The notes under the pieces are model-generated. The model did not search any database. It saw nothing but the letters and a program-made list of their open reading frames with translations, and was not told the origin of the DNA. From assembly GCA_964016885.1 (NCBI GenBank), contig OZ024742.1:44950001-45014000 (forward strand): a DNA stretch of 64,000 nucleotides, read 5' to 3'. Of the stretch, positions 51,940 to 64,000 are shown piece after piece. The DNA comes from Eledone cirrhosa. Taxonomy: Eukaryota. A program made the translations under genes and the position numbers. Each line of letters opens with the position of its first letter. Within the stretch, counting starts at the first letter, position 1.

Positions 51940-52320
51940 GTACAGGAAGTATGACCATCTTCCCGCTCCATGGTGGTAAACCCCTCATCTGGGATGCCAC
52001 ATACAGCGACACATTCTCCAACAGCAACCTGGTAGAGTTTGTGACTAACCCAGGCTCTGCTGCACTTCGGGCTGAGGAGGAGTGTAAACTCCCCAAATAT
52101 TGGTCGATCTCCGACAGGTTTGAGTTCAATCCCATAGCAGTGGAGACTTCTGGTGTCCTTGGCCCTAGGACCACCTCCCTACACACCACCATCGGCACAG
52201 AGTTGGCTACCCGCAGGTGTGATCCTTGCGAGCTGGAATGGCTCTTCCAGTACATCTCCCTCACCATCCTCCGAGGAAACGGCTTCTCTATTCTGTCCAC
52301 TGGTGCCGCAGGCCAACCAG
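51940..52320 (+). mobile_element. CRE-like non-LTR retrotransposon C-terminal restriction-like endonuclease fragment
   Basis: GKPLIWDATYSDT...AALRAEE..K..KY...FNPIAVETSGVLG...LFQYISLTILRGN; second copy at 60381-60890. Confidence 0.7.
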
Positions 52321-52978
52321 TGCATAGGCCCCCATTTGCTCACAATATTGAGAGATGTTCCGACCTGGTATATATCTACTAAAATTATTAAGGGAACTAA
52401 TGGTCAATTTTATGCCATAAGAACACTGTGAAATATTTCAGAATTCGTAAACAGAAAGAGACAGAAAGGATTAGAAATATCAGAGGAAGGGGGGTAACTT
52501 ACATTTAAATCTTAAATTGAGACACCCACACAATATATATTTTTTTATACATATACATATATATAGATAGATACACATATAACCTGTTTGTAAATATATT
52601 TATATAAATGGGTGCATAAATACATATATACACATACAAATATACATGTACACACACATATATAAATATATATATATTGGAAAATGTGTGAGATCCTTGG
52701 TACAGTTAGGTATATTTTTAAAAAAGAAAAAGAATGACTTCACTTGTAGTGTTAAAAAATTTGATCTAGTAAGTTCTTTGTTAACTTCGGTGGGAAGAAT
52801 TTTAAAGATTCCTGGTTAACTTGGGTTGGAGAACTTTCTCGCATTCGTCTGTCTGTGGCGATTGTCAAACTGAGATCAGGTTGTGTTGAGATGTTGAGAT
52901 ATATAAGAGAGATTTGGATGTGTGTGGGGTGTGGTGTTAATGAGTGTTGATGATGATGAAGGTCTGGAGGAATTAAAG

Positions 52979-53016
<38 letters not shown>

Positions 53017-53397
53017 ATGGTGAGGTTGTAAGATAAGGGTGTTTGAGAAGGTGGTTGTAAATAGCCTCTCCTGCTGGTTTTATTTCATTAGCTGACCTTT
53101 GATGAGTTTATAATGGCATAGCTGAATCAACTCTCCCAAATCCATAAAGAATATCTTCTACAAATTTCTATATCAAAGATGAATTTAGGTGCTTGTTGGG
53201 GTTTTAATGTGGTGTAAGATACATGTCTTTTGATAAGAATGGGATGACAGGAAAAAGAGAAAAGAAGGATAGTTTGGGAACATTTGTCAAAGATGTGTTG
53301 TTGATATTGGTTTGGGAGAGAAAGTGTCGGGCGAGGGGGGGGGGGGACATGCTGGCTCACATATTCACTTCCCTATATGTAAATATATCTACAGTCC

Positions 53398-53588
53398 ATA
53401 TATATTACATACATACACATACACACACATATCAACATATACACACATATATATATATATATATATATACATACACACATATATACATATATATATATAT
53501 ACACATACATATACATATATACACATACACATATACACACACACACACACAATACCCACACACACATTTTATATATATTATATATATA
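53398..53588. repeat. (TA)/(CA) microsatellite left of the maT element
   Basis: Directly visible. Confidence 0.9.
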
Positions 53589-54478
53589 CAGGGTGCGGAC
53601 GATATCTGTTCGCAAGATTACTGTCTAGGAAAACTAACACAGTAGATTTATTTTTTAAGATTTATTTATCAAACTTGGGTCAGTTTGTCTTCATGACTTG
53701 TTCTTTCGATCTCACTCGATAAACCCGCCATTGGCTTTGATGACGGCCTCAAGGCGGCCTCGAAACCGGCTACAGGCCTTCGTCACTGTCCCCCAACTTA
53801 GGCCTCTAAAGGCACTTGTGATCCTGGCCTTCAGATCATCTTTCATATTGCAGCTAGATCTGTTGGTGTCTCGTTCCACTGCGCCCCACACAAAGAAGTC
53901 GATGGGGTTGCAGTCAGGTGAGCTGGGAGGCCAGATGTCAGGTGAAGTGTGGTCGACGAAGTTCTCTGACAGCCAGGCTTGGGTCTTTTGGCTGGTATGG
54001 CAGGGCGCTGAGTCTTGCTGCCACACGTATGGCCTACCTGCAGCTACCTGGTCGATCCAGGGCTTTACTACCTCGCTCAGAATGCGGATGTAGCCATCGG
54101 TGTTCAGCTTGAGGCCCTCAGGGAAGAAGTGAAGTGGTATTACATCACCTTCACTGCTGACGACACCTAAGACCAATGTTGTCGCTGGAAACTTTGTCTG
54201 CATGACTCTGGGCACGTCTTTGGATGAGACAGCGAGCCACCTGTTGTTCTGGGAGTTGATCTTCTGATCTTATTTGTCCTCCCGGCGCGGATTCCAAGAA
54301 GAACTCCATGTCTCTTCCACAAATTGGAGGTTCAAAATTATTCATAATCAATTATTCTGAAAATAAATAATGGAAATATAGTCACTGATTTTATGAAGAC
54401 AAGAGTGACAACGGAAGTAAAAAAAATTTGCATAAAATTAGCAGTTGAAAATTGCGAACAAATATCGTCCTCACCCTG
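53589..54478 (-). mobile_element. Tc1/mariner DD37D (maT) transposon, internally deleted, 890 bp
   Basis: 27-bp TIRs CAGGGTG(C/A)GGACGATAT(C/T)TGTTCGCAA (25/27 identical), TA on both sides; ORF 53712-54215 has WQQD-x37-D (WPPSSPDCNPIDFFVW); N-terminal domain missing. Confidence 0.93.
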
Positions 54479-54819
54479 TATATATCTCCCATACACACAC
54501 ATATATATTTTATACATACATACCCACATATATACACACACATATACATACACACATATACATATATACATATATATACATTCCATACATTTTATATATA
54601 TACATAAATACACATAATAATTCCATATATACACATTTTATACATCCTACATATATATTTTTTTTTTACATATACATATATATATATACTACATATATAT
54701 ATATATATATACATATAAACATATTATACACATATCCACACATACATATACACATACATATATATATATATACATACATATATATATATATACATATCTA
54801 TCTCACACATATGCACGTG

Positions 54820-54897
<78 letters not shown>

Positions 54898-55081
54898 TAT
54901 ATAGAATATATTCTATATAACTGCTCTGTAGAACAACTGATGTTCTTACATTGAGCTATTTATCTTACTGGTAATAAGGTAGTAATTAATTACCGACCTT
55001 CACTGTTTAGGGTTGAAAATATATATAACTATAAAAAGTTTTAGTATATACATAACCATAAATAATATCCTTAATATTATA

Positions 55082-55131
<50 letters not shown>

Positions 55132-55222
55132 CACACATACACATAAACACATATACACATATATCTGTATACCTACAGACACATATAAAAAAACACATCT
55201 ATACATATATATATGTATACAC
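54479..55222. repeat. Long (TA)n/(CA)n microsatellite tracts
   Basis: Directly visible, including a pure (TA)n run of ~70 bp at 54823-54892. Confidence 0.9.
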
Positions 55223-55399
55223 ATCTACTCAAGTGTTTAAGTTCATATATACATTGGTGTGGGGATGGGGAAATTAATTAAATGTTATTGTACCTCTGAG
55301 GGTTTTTCTTCTCTTCAGCAATCGAATGTTTGAAAGTACGGGTGTCATCAACTATTTTTCTTTTTCAATATGAGATTTTTTTAAAGAAAAGAGAGGGGG

Positions 55400-58300
55400 A
55401 GAATCCCGTTGCTTGAAGATGGCATATCACTTTTTTGTGTTCAGTAGTGGTTTGTATTTTCTAATAAAGAATTCTTCTGTATATTTTCAAAAGTGTTCGT
55501 TGTCCGACCATATCTTAAAGAAGGGGAAAATTGTGAAATTTACCTTTCCGTATGTTGCGAAGTGTTCACTGCATGAGCTGTTTCTGACAGAGAGGTCTCT
55601 AATTTGTTGTTTATGTACTCGAACTCTGACATATAGACCCATTCCGGTTTCACCAATGTAGTATTCTTTACATTATGGGCCGGTTCCACAGTAAATCAAG
55701 TTTTTTGTTTTACAATTCATGTTTGCATTAACTGTGAAAGACTGGTTGTTTTTAAAGGAGATTTGTCCACCCTCTTCAACGAGTTCGCAAGTTCCGCATC
55801 GAGGGTCCCCACATTTCTTAACTTGCATTGCTTCATTATTAGACTTAAATTTTGCCTTGGTAAGCAGTTTCTTTAGGTTGGGTGCTTGGCATCTACTATA
55901 TATAATTTGTGCATCTTTTATGAGTGCATTCATTTTAGGGGACTGCTGGAGATTCGGGAGATATTGTTTGGCGGCTTTTACAATGTTGAAGTTCATTGGA
56001 TTGTGAGTGATGACAAAAGGGATAACTGTTTTTTCCATTCTATTTTGTTGCTTTGTTTTTCTCAGTGTTGTTACTGGGATGTTCTGGGCTTTGGAGATGG
56101 CTGTGTTGATGAGGTTCACCAGATATTCTTGTCTCTTAAGGAACTCTTTTAATTTATATAATCTTTTTTCCTGTAGTGTGGGGTGTGTTACTATGGTGCA
56201 GATGCGTCTTGCCATGTTAAAAGGAATGTTCCTTTTGGTATGTGATGGGTGTGCTGAACGGAAATTTAAGTATTGATGTGTGTCTGTTGGTTTGTAAAAT
56301 AAGTCTGTTTTGATATTTTCCCCTTCCTTAATGACAAGGATATCCAGAAATGGTAGTTCCTTTTTATTACATTCCATGGTAAATTTTATTTCTTCATGAA
56401 GATTGTTTATGATGGCATGGAATCTTTGCAGGTTTTCTTGGCTTCAATTCCAGAAGATAAAGCAGTCATCTAGGTAGTGTTTCCAGTTGTGATTAATGTA
56501 GGTGGCGAAGTCATGACAGAATGTTTGGAGTGTAATTTTGCATCCAGGTGGCCCATAACGAGTGTTGCATATGTTGGGGCCACTTTGGTACCCATGGCCA
56601 TTCCTTTTATTTGTAAATACAGCTCGTTATCAAATGGAAGTGGTTGTTCTCCAGTACTAGTTTGAGTCCTTCCAAAATAAATTTTTTGGGGAATCTCTCT
56701 GAAATGTAGTCTGGATGTTTTGTAATCCAGAAGTCAACAGCTTCAACTCCTAAGTCATGTGGGATGTTAGTATATAAGCTTGTTACGTCAAAGCTGACTA
56801 AGATTGTTTCTTGGTGTACTTTCTGGGTGATATAGTTCAGGAATTCCATATCATTTCTGATGAAGCTTGGCACTTTTTTACATAAGGGTTTCAGTATGAT
56901 GTCTAATAGGTTGCTTAGACGTGTGCTTGAGACTGGACAGCAACAATTGGGCATAATTTTAAATCTGTCGGTTTTGGTATTTCAACATACGATGTATTTT
57001 TGCCTTTTATGTTGTTTTGGATTTCTCTGGATTTGTGAACCTTCGGTAAACCATAGAAATTGCTGGTTTTCATTTCGAAGTTGGTTAAGTAATTAATTTC
57101 CTTTAGTATGAGGTTGTTTTGGTACTTGGTCGTCAGTTTGCCTACTTTAATCATCGATTTTATTTCTTTGATTTTGCTGATTTTCCTGTAGAAGTCCTCG
57201 TTATTCAACTGTTCTAGGACCATATCCTTGTAGTGGTTTTTGTCCATGATGATGATTGCTCCACCTTTGTCTTCTTCTTTTATGATTATTGAGGAGTCTT
57301 TTTGTAGTTTGTTTAGTGCTAGCAGTTGATCTGTAGGGATGTTGTGCCTGTGTTTCGTCTCTGCAATATTTGACTGTGCTGATCATTGGAGGTAGGTTAT
57401 GTAATCCTCCAGGTGTTTGTCTCTATTTAACGGAGGCCTGAAGTTCTTTTTGTTTCTTACTAGTGATTCCTCCTCATATTCTACACCCTGGAAGAATTCT
57501 TCTAGACGTAATTTTTGACAAAAATCTTCTGTGCCTTTTATAAGGTCGGCTTAATCTGCTTTTGGAGTGGGTGCAAATTTCAGTCCATTTTTTAGCAATT
57601 TTATTTCCTGTTGTGTTAGTTTTTTTGCCGATATGTTGATTATTTTTGGTTCCTTTGGAGTTTTCTCATCGGGTGCCACTTGAAGGGTGGTGTTTTTTTT
57701 TTTCTCAAAGGTGGTGTTTTTTTTTTGTTCTAAAAAATAATTCCCATTTGAAGTAGCGGTGTTTCTGTTGTGGTAAAGTGTGTTCAGTTCGTTGGCATTT
57801 CATGTTGATAATTTTCTGAATGGTAGTATTTTGTTTGGTGGTTGATATATGGGGGTCTAGCTCTTGTTCTGTTCAGTCATCATATGTCTTTGATTTTGCC
57901 ACTGGTAATTGTTCTTGCGGTTTTGATAGTAGTTGTATCTGGTTGTGGTGTTCAGTATTTGGTTTGTGTATAATTGTGTGTTTGGGATTCTCCGATTTCT
58001 GGTTGATGTTTGATTATTGTGTGAGAATTCTTCATTTCTTGTGTTTTTTTATATTCCCGAATTTGGGGGTTTCTTATGGGTTTGTTTTTTGGAATTTATT
58101 TGGACTTTCCTATAGTTTTTTTCATATTCTTGTAGCCATTGTGTTCTTGATTCCAAGATTTTCTTTGATTTCAATTCCTTTCTGATTGTATCATTCTTCC
58201 AAAGGTCAAAGAGTTTTTCTCGTACATTACTGATGCTTCTTTTGTTTATTTCTTCTCTAATGGTGGTGTCACATTTTTCGAATTTCTCTTTAAATTTTGA

Positions 58301-58620
58301 CACTCTTACACGGAGTAGAGTGATTTCTGTCTCAAGTTTCTGAAGTGCTAGATTTTGTCTTATTTTGGTTTCTTCATTTGGTTCTGATGTTATTTCTTTA
58401 ATCCAGAATTTTCTCGGGGGGATGACTTTTTCTGTACTTCGCCATATGTCATATGTCTGCTAGGTTTTCACTCCTCAAGGCTTTCCAGTATGCCTGTTTT
58501 CTTTGGCTTAGTATTTGGTTCCAAATATTTTTCATTTGGTTTCTTTTTTTGAAAGCTTCTTTTTCCAGATTCAGTTCATTCCATTCTTAGAACGCATTTT
58601 GAACGATATAATTCTGGTCA
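55400..58620 (-). mobile_element. Penelope-like element (RT + GIY-YIG endonuclease), frameshifted
   Basis: FYGLPKVHK, LVSFDVTSLYTNIPH, GMAMGTKVAPTYA, YLDDCFIFW, LPFLDI, YKPTDTHQYL.F.S.HP, CGDPRCGTC, NLIYC...YIGETG; long K/N/Q-rich N-terminal region. Ends are approximate. Confidence 0.92.
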
Positions 58621-59785
58621 TGTGTAACTTCTTTAGGGCGTGAAATTTGTTCTTGTTTCTGGCGGTCTGCAATTAGGGAATCGAGTTTCTCCCTATAGCT
58701 GCGTGTTTGTTGTTCCATTTCATATACAGCATTAGTAAGAGAGTTGTACTTACTTATTATTATGGAGAGTTATATATATGTATATATATATATATATATA
58801 TACATATCCATATCCATATGGTAACTGCCATTTCTTTACATCTCTTCAATGTTGTACTGAATGACCATGAGCCAACAAATGACTCCACAAAGTTGCCTCG
58901 CTCCTGCATACTGTTTTAGAGATGTGACTCACACAAGACTCTCAGACAGCCCTGAACATAACTTCCTCCTTATGCACTCTCATGTGCTGCTTGAGACCAG
59001 CAACAGACCTACAAGCTTTGTTACAAAACTGACACTATTACCCTGCAGATCTATCAGGGAGGACACTAACATAATTGGCCCCAGAATGCTGATTGTAGTG
59101 AGCTCTTAAATGACTAACAAGCCCAGCATGAGAAAGAACAATCTTTCCACAGATGTTACAGACATGCTCCAACTAGAAATCCTTTGAGACTGAGTCTAAA
59201 CCACCTTTCCTGAGTGCTCTTTTAAAAACTGAATGTTCAAACCTTTTGACCTCAAAACGATCACAATCATCATAAACCAGACTTCTCCATCTAAATCCAC
59301 TCTCTGCTTCATCTTCCTAATCCTCAACACAAATACCAAGTGCCTTCCTCTGTCACCAGAATTATCTCAGCCATTGTCCCCTAATTTATTCATTTCATTT
59401 TGTTTAGTTTTATTAATCCTTTATACCCATATATATATATACACACACATATATATATGTATGCATATATACATACATGTGTATATATGTGCGTTTGTGT
59501 GTGCCTAAAAATACATATTCACATACACATATACACAAATATATAAACAACAACTACATACATATCCCCATTTACATAGAGACACTTACATATACAGGTT
59601 ACACATTGCTATTTAGACTTTAGCATGAACCTGAAGCAATGGATGTATTCTAAATTATATCATGAATTATATGAGTAAATATTCTATTAGAGACAGAGTT
59701 AAAATGTATAAAAAAATGTATGAGATTGATAAATAAGTACTTATATGGTCTAGAAATAACTAAAGTGGATATAAATAAATATGAA

Positions 59786-60125
59786 GGAGGCACATGGCTT
59801 AGTGGTTAGAGCATTGGCCTTGCAACCGAAAGGTTGTGAGTTCAATTCTCAGACCGGGTGATGTGTTGTTTCCTTGAGCAAGACACTTTATTTCACATTG
59901 CTCCAGTTTACTCAGCTGTAGAAATGAGATGATAGGGGTCCCTATCATTCCACTGCAAAGTGGTCGTGGAGGTGCCACGGCAAAAAAGCACCCAGCACTC
60001 ACTGTAAATGAGGTTGGTGTTAGGAAGGGCATCCAGCTGTAGAAATCAAGCCAAAATCAGTTCCCGTCCCACCCTTGCAAGCAGGGAAAAGCGGACGTAA
60101 AATGAAATGATGAATGATGATGATG
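59786..60125 (+). mobile_element. SINE family A, full length
   Basis: Nearly identical to the copy at 51510; ATGAAGGA at 59781-59788 and 60123-60130 fits a TSD. Confidence 0.92.
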
Positions 60126-60380
60126 AAGGATAAAGTAAAATTAATGAACTAGTCGGATGGGAAAGTGGCCAAAATTAATACTTGACAACATATACATATG
60201 AAATATGAATAAATGTTGTTGGCGAGAGGTGACATTTCTTAAATAATGATTACTATGACAAAATCTGCCACAATGAACAAGATATACACCAGGTCCTAAC
60301 ACAAAGTAACTAAACTCCCACTGTCACTGCTTCGTCTCTCACACTCTCCTCATCTCTTACTATTATGAACAAATGGGAGC

Positions 60381-60890
60381 TCACGGGCTGGCTGGCTGCC
60401 CTGCGGCCTCGGCAGACAGAATAGAGAAGCCGTTTCCTTGGAGGATGGTGAGGGAGATGTGCTGGAAGAGCCATTCCAGCTCGCAAGGCTCATACCTGTG
60501 GGTAGCCAACTCTGTGCCGATGGTGGTGTGTAGGGAGGTGGTCCTAAGGCCAAGGACACCAGAAGTCTCCACTGCTACGGGCTCGACCATAAACCTGTCG
60601 GAGAGTTGACCCTCCTTAGTCTGAAGTGCAGCAGGGACTGAGTGGAGTCCGAGCCGGTTCCAAGTCTCACGGGTGCTCTCACGCTTCTCCATCACAGTGG
60701 GTTCCATTTTGTTGTGGAGAATCCTGTTGATGAGAATGTGACAAGAGCAGAGACAAAGGCCACTGTTTCTGACCGGTAAGGTAGCCTGCTGCCATCCAAA
60801 GTCGTCAAACCGGACATTGCATATCTCCTCAGCTGCCACTCGGATACAAGTGTCAAGGTCAGCGTGGAGATATGTGTGGCTGTAGCAGTA
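60381..60890 (-). mobile_element. CRE-like non-LTR fragment, internally deleted
   Basis: WQQATLPVRNSGL joined to SDRFMVEPVAVETSGVLG...LFQHISLTILQGNGFSILS; homologous to 51940-52320. Confidence 0.7.
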
Positions 60891-61816
60891 GAAAATTAAG
60901 TAAAATGGGATTTATAAAACTAAATAAAATGAAATGAATACATTTGGGGGCAATGGCTAAGATAATTCTGGCAACAGAGAAAGATAAGCCGGGAAAGATT
61001 TATATCGGTGAAAGGAAGAGATAATGGGCGAGAGGGATACAATGGGAGATAACTGTTGTCATAGGAGGAAATAACTGTGATTACAGAAACAGATAATTTT
61101 GAGAGGGGAAGATAACTATGATGATAAGGATAACTATAGTTGAAAGGGAAATAACTGGGTATTTAAGTGGAAGAGAGCTGTGAGATCAGGGTTCCAAATA
61201 ATGGGGGGGGGGGGGCACTTGCTTAAATTGTTATAAGCGAGGAAGGGGAATAAACTTTGCGGGCAATCGGTAATTGTATATTGTACGTTCGTAAATATGG
61301 GATTTCTTGTAATGTTCTATTTTGTCGTATACAATATTTTTTTAATGTAAAATCAAATTATTATTAGATTGTCCAGCTGCTGTATCAATGTAAATCACTT
61401 AGAATAAAATTTCGCCGAAGATAGATTAGCAAAATTTAATAAGCGAAGCGGTGGAATAAAATTTGAGTGGGAGTAAATCTGAAAAATTAGTAAGTGGGGG
61501 AGAAGGGGACAATTATTCAAGTCCTGAGAGTATATATAATGGCAAATGCATCCAATTATTTTGTCTATACATGCAATATATTTATATGTAGCATACAGTG
61601 TAAAATTTGAAAGGTTAATGTCTCTTATGTTCTAATTGTCTTTATGTATAAAATTTTGATTTCTTCTTAGACAAACATGGACACCACCTACACTCCATAC
61701 ACACACACACACATATATATATATTAATCAATGAAAAAAGAGTTAGTTGATTAGTAATCAACTGATTCTTATATGTACCAGATGCCAAACACTCAATGAT
61801 ATAAATGTATCCAGAG

Positions 61817-61818
<2 letters not shown>

Positions 61819-61864
<46 letters not shown>
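61819..61864. repeat. (AAT)n microsatellite
   Basis: About 15 perfect units. Confidence 0.97.
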
Positions 61865-61865
<1 letters not shown>

Positions 61866-63089
61866 GGGAAGAAGACGCACGAGGTGGTAGAAGGTCATGA
61901 AATCGCTCCCGTAAGTTTTGAATTTTTAACATATTTAAATCATTTGTGAAATAACAACTCTTAGTACAAATGCTACGTAAAGCATCCGGCTTGAGCCCCA
62001 AAAAAATTCGGACCCAAAATATATTGTTATAAGGCTCAAATATTCAACTTTGTATTGTACATTGTATATTCAAAAAAGAAAATGGCTATAAATGGAAGAA
62101 GAAGAACCCCCCCCCCCTCCTCTGTCTACACTATATAGAACAGCCAAACAACACCAATCTCACCAACACCAGAAACTAGATACACCACCTACCCCATCAC
62201 CTCTCTGTGTACACTAAACACAACAGCCAGATAACGGCAATTTCACCACCACCACAACCAATCTCAACATAATAATGATAATAATAAATACTATTATTAT
62301 TGTCCCAAGTTTTAAAAAAAAAAATGTTTAATCCCAACATTAAGGGAATTTATGTCAACACATATACGCGACTAATCCCATAGATTCACCGAACGGACAT
62401 CAGTAACGACAACGCCGCCCATCCATCATTACTACCACTATCCCATCACCGCCGCCACCACTCCTTCATTGCTACCACCGCTACAACACCATCACTACAG
62501 TAATACGATCACATCACCACCACCACTGCCTCAGTATCGACATCACCACCACCACTGTCTCAGTATCGCTACCGCCGCTATTCTCTCCCATTGCTTCCTG
62601 CTAGTTGCTGCCACCACATTATAGAATTCCTACTAAAAAAGAGGAAGGCATCAAAATATATAGATAGACTCAAAAGAAAAAAGAAAAAACAAACATCAAA
62701 ACCAAAGCAGCACAGCAACAACAGCAAAAAAAAGAGAAAAACAAACAGAGAAAAACAAAAACAAAAAAACAAAAAAACGTAAAGAAAATAAGAATGAAGA
62801 GAGAAACAAGCGGACGGACAGAGAAGAGAAGGGAAAAACTAAGTCAGACATTCGAACACTACATTACAATGAAACTTATGCTTATTCATTTTGGGGTTTT
62901 TTTCTGCCTGTGTGTTTGTTTGTTTATTTATGTTCGTCTACAGCGTGGTGATAATGCCACACAAGAGCCAAGTGGAGCGGCGCAACCACCGGAGACGGTG
63001 AATCCACAGATGGTTATGTAACCATACATTCGCCAATCCTCGATAAGAGTGTTTAAATATCGAACCTAAACAGTTCGAATAACGGTGAA

Positions 63090-64000
63090 ATGAAGACTAG
63101 AACGTCATGTGACAGACTCTCACCCAACAGGTGCTCCCTGGCTCAGCAGCAGGAACCTGGCTGTCAACCAAATACTGCTGGTGTCGGGGGAAGAAGAAGA
63201 AGGAAAGGGACCAGAACCAACTGGACGAAAGAATAGAATAGAATTGTTATGCAATGTTACCTGAAAAGTAACCCCAATGAGAGAGGCTATAGGAGACGGA
63301 TGCATAATATCAGGAACGAGATTGGTCTATTTAAATTAGATGAACAAAAATTGGCCGGGCAGGCTCGGGTAATAAGAACTAATGGGTGGATAAGCGAGCT
63401 GGAACTGGAGGAACTGAGCAGAGAGATTAGCTTGGAGATGGAGAGTGGAGTATGCCAGGCAAACGAGCCAGTCGGAAATGAAGGTGAAGAGGTCGAGAGA
63501 ACGGAGGAACCACCCGAAGCAAACAATGATCTGAATGCTGAGATAAATAGTACCTGGAACAGAGATACGGCCACTGAGGAGATGAATGCTGACGGGCTAG
63601 GACAAGATTTGGTTGATATCCTAAACTTAGTGGTAGATGAATTGAACAATGATAGTGGGAGACCTATGAACCTAAGATTTGTAGACAGGAAAAAGTTAAA
63701 AGAAACAACAGCTAAGGTAAACAAAGTCATCCCATACCTTGAGGCGAGGAGCCTTCACCAGTGCAACAATATCCTCAAAGCAACAGCAAATACGGTGAGA
63801 AAACTACTTGGTATAAAAGCGAGAGGAAACAACAGACAAGAAAGAGCAGAGCCTTGGTGGAAGAAACGACTGAGTGGTCAAATCAGGGAAATGAGAAATG
63901 ACATTGGAAAGCTTGAGTCACTACTGAATGGGACACTAAAAAACATAGGCACTAAAAATAGACTGGAAATAAAGTACAAAACTAGGAGGAAAAAGCTAAA
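63090..64000 (+). mobile_element. 5' coding part of an R4/Dong-like non-LTR retrotransposon (one in-frame stop; runs off window)
   Basis: Manual translation from ATG 63090: ...NWTKE*NRIVMQCYLKSNPNERGYRRRMH...DEQKLAGQARVIRTNGWISELELEE...EPWWKKRLSGQIREMRNDIGKL; open from 63237 to 64000. Clade assigned from remembered N-terminal motifs; the RT lies outside the window. Confidence 0.7.

Overview
Eukaryotic, AT-rich, repeat-only window; I see no host protein-coding gene, rRNA, tRNA or CRISPR array. Bases 1-~30,607 are one uninterrupted tandem satellite of 57-bp monomers (about 537 copies, open at the left edge). It is organised into nested higher-order repeats: offsets of 342, 570, 628, 1368, 1709, 1939, 2679, 2737 and 5531 bp, all within 2 bp of n x 57. 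All ORFs called there are translations of the 19-codon monomer. The remaining ~33 kb is densely packed with transposon remnants: two RTE-clade LINE copies with a PHD-type finger inside ORF2, tRNA-derived SINEs sharing the RTE 3' tail, a second SINE family, a decayed CsRN1-type Gypsy element, a Penelope-like element, a DD37D (maT) Tc1/mariner, piggyBac-type and foldback MITEs, Helitron-like 5' ends, CRE-, L1/Tx1- and CR1/Jockey-like fragments, and the 5' part of an R4/Dong-like element running off the right edge. The repeat repertoire suggests a coleoid cephalopod such as Octopus, and the layout suggests a heterochromatic or pericentromeric array edge; both are inference. Best leads: the satellite's nested architecture and four-site variant pattern, an orphan inverted monomer at 35.35 kb, the PHD-bearing RTE and its SINE partner, and a minimal hammerhead-ribozyme motif at 48.55 kb. 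I found no clearly new biological system.
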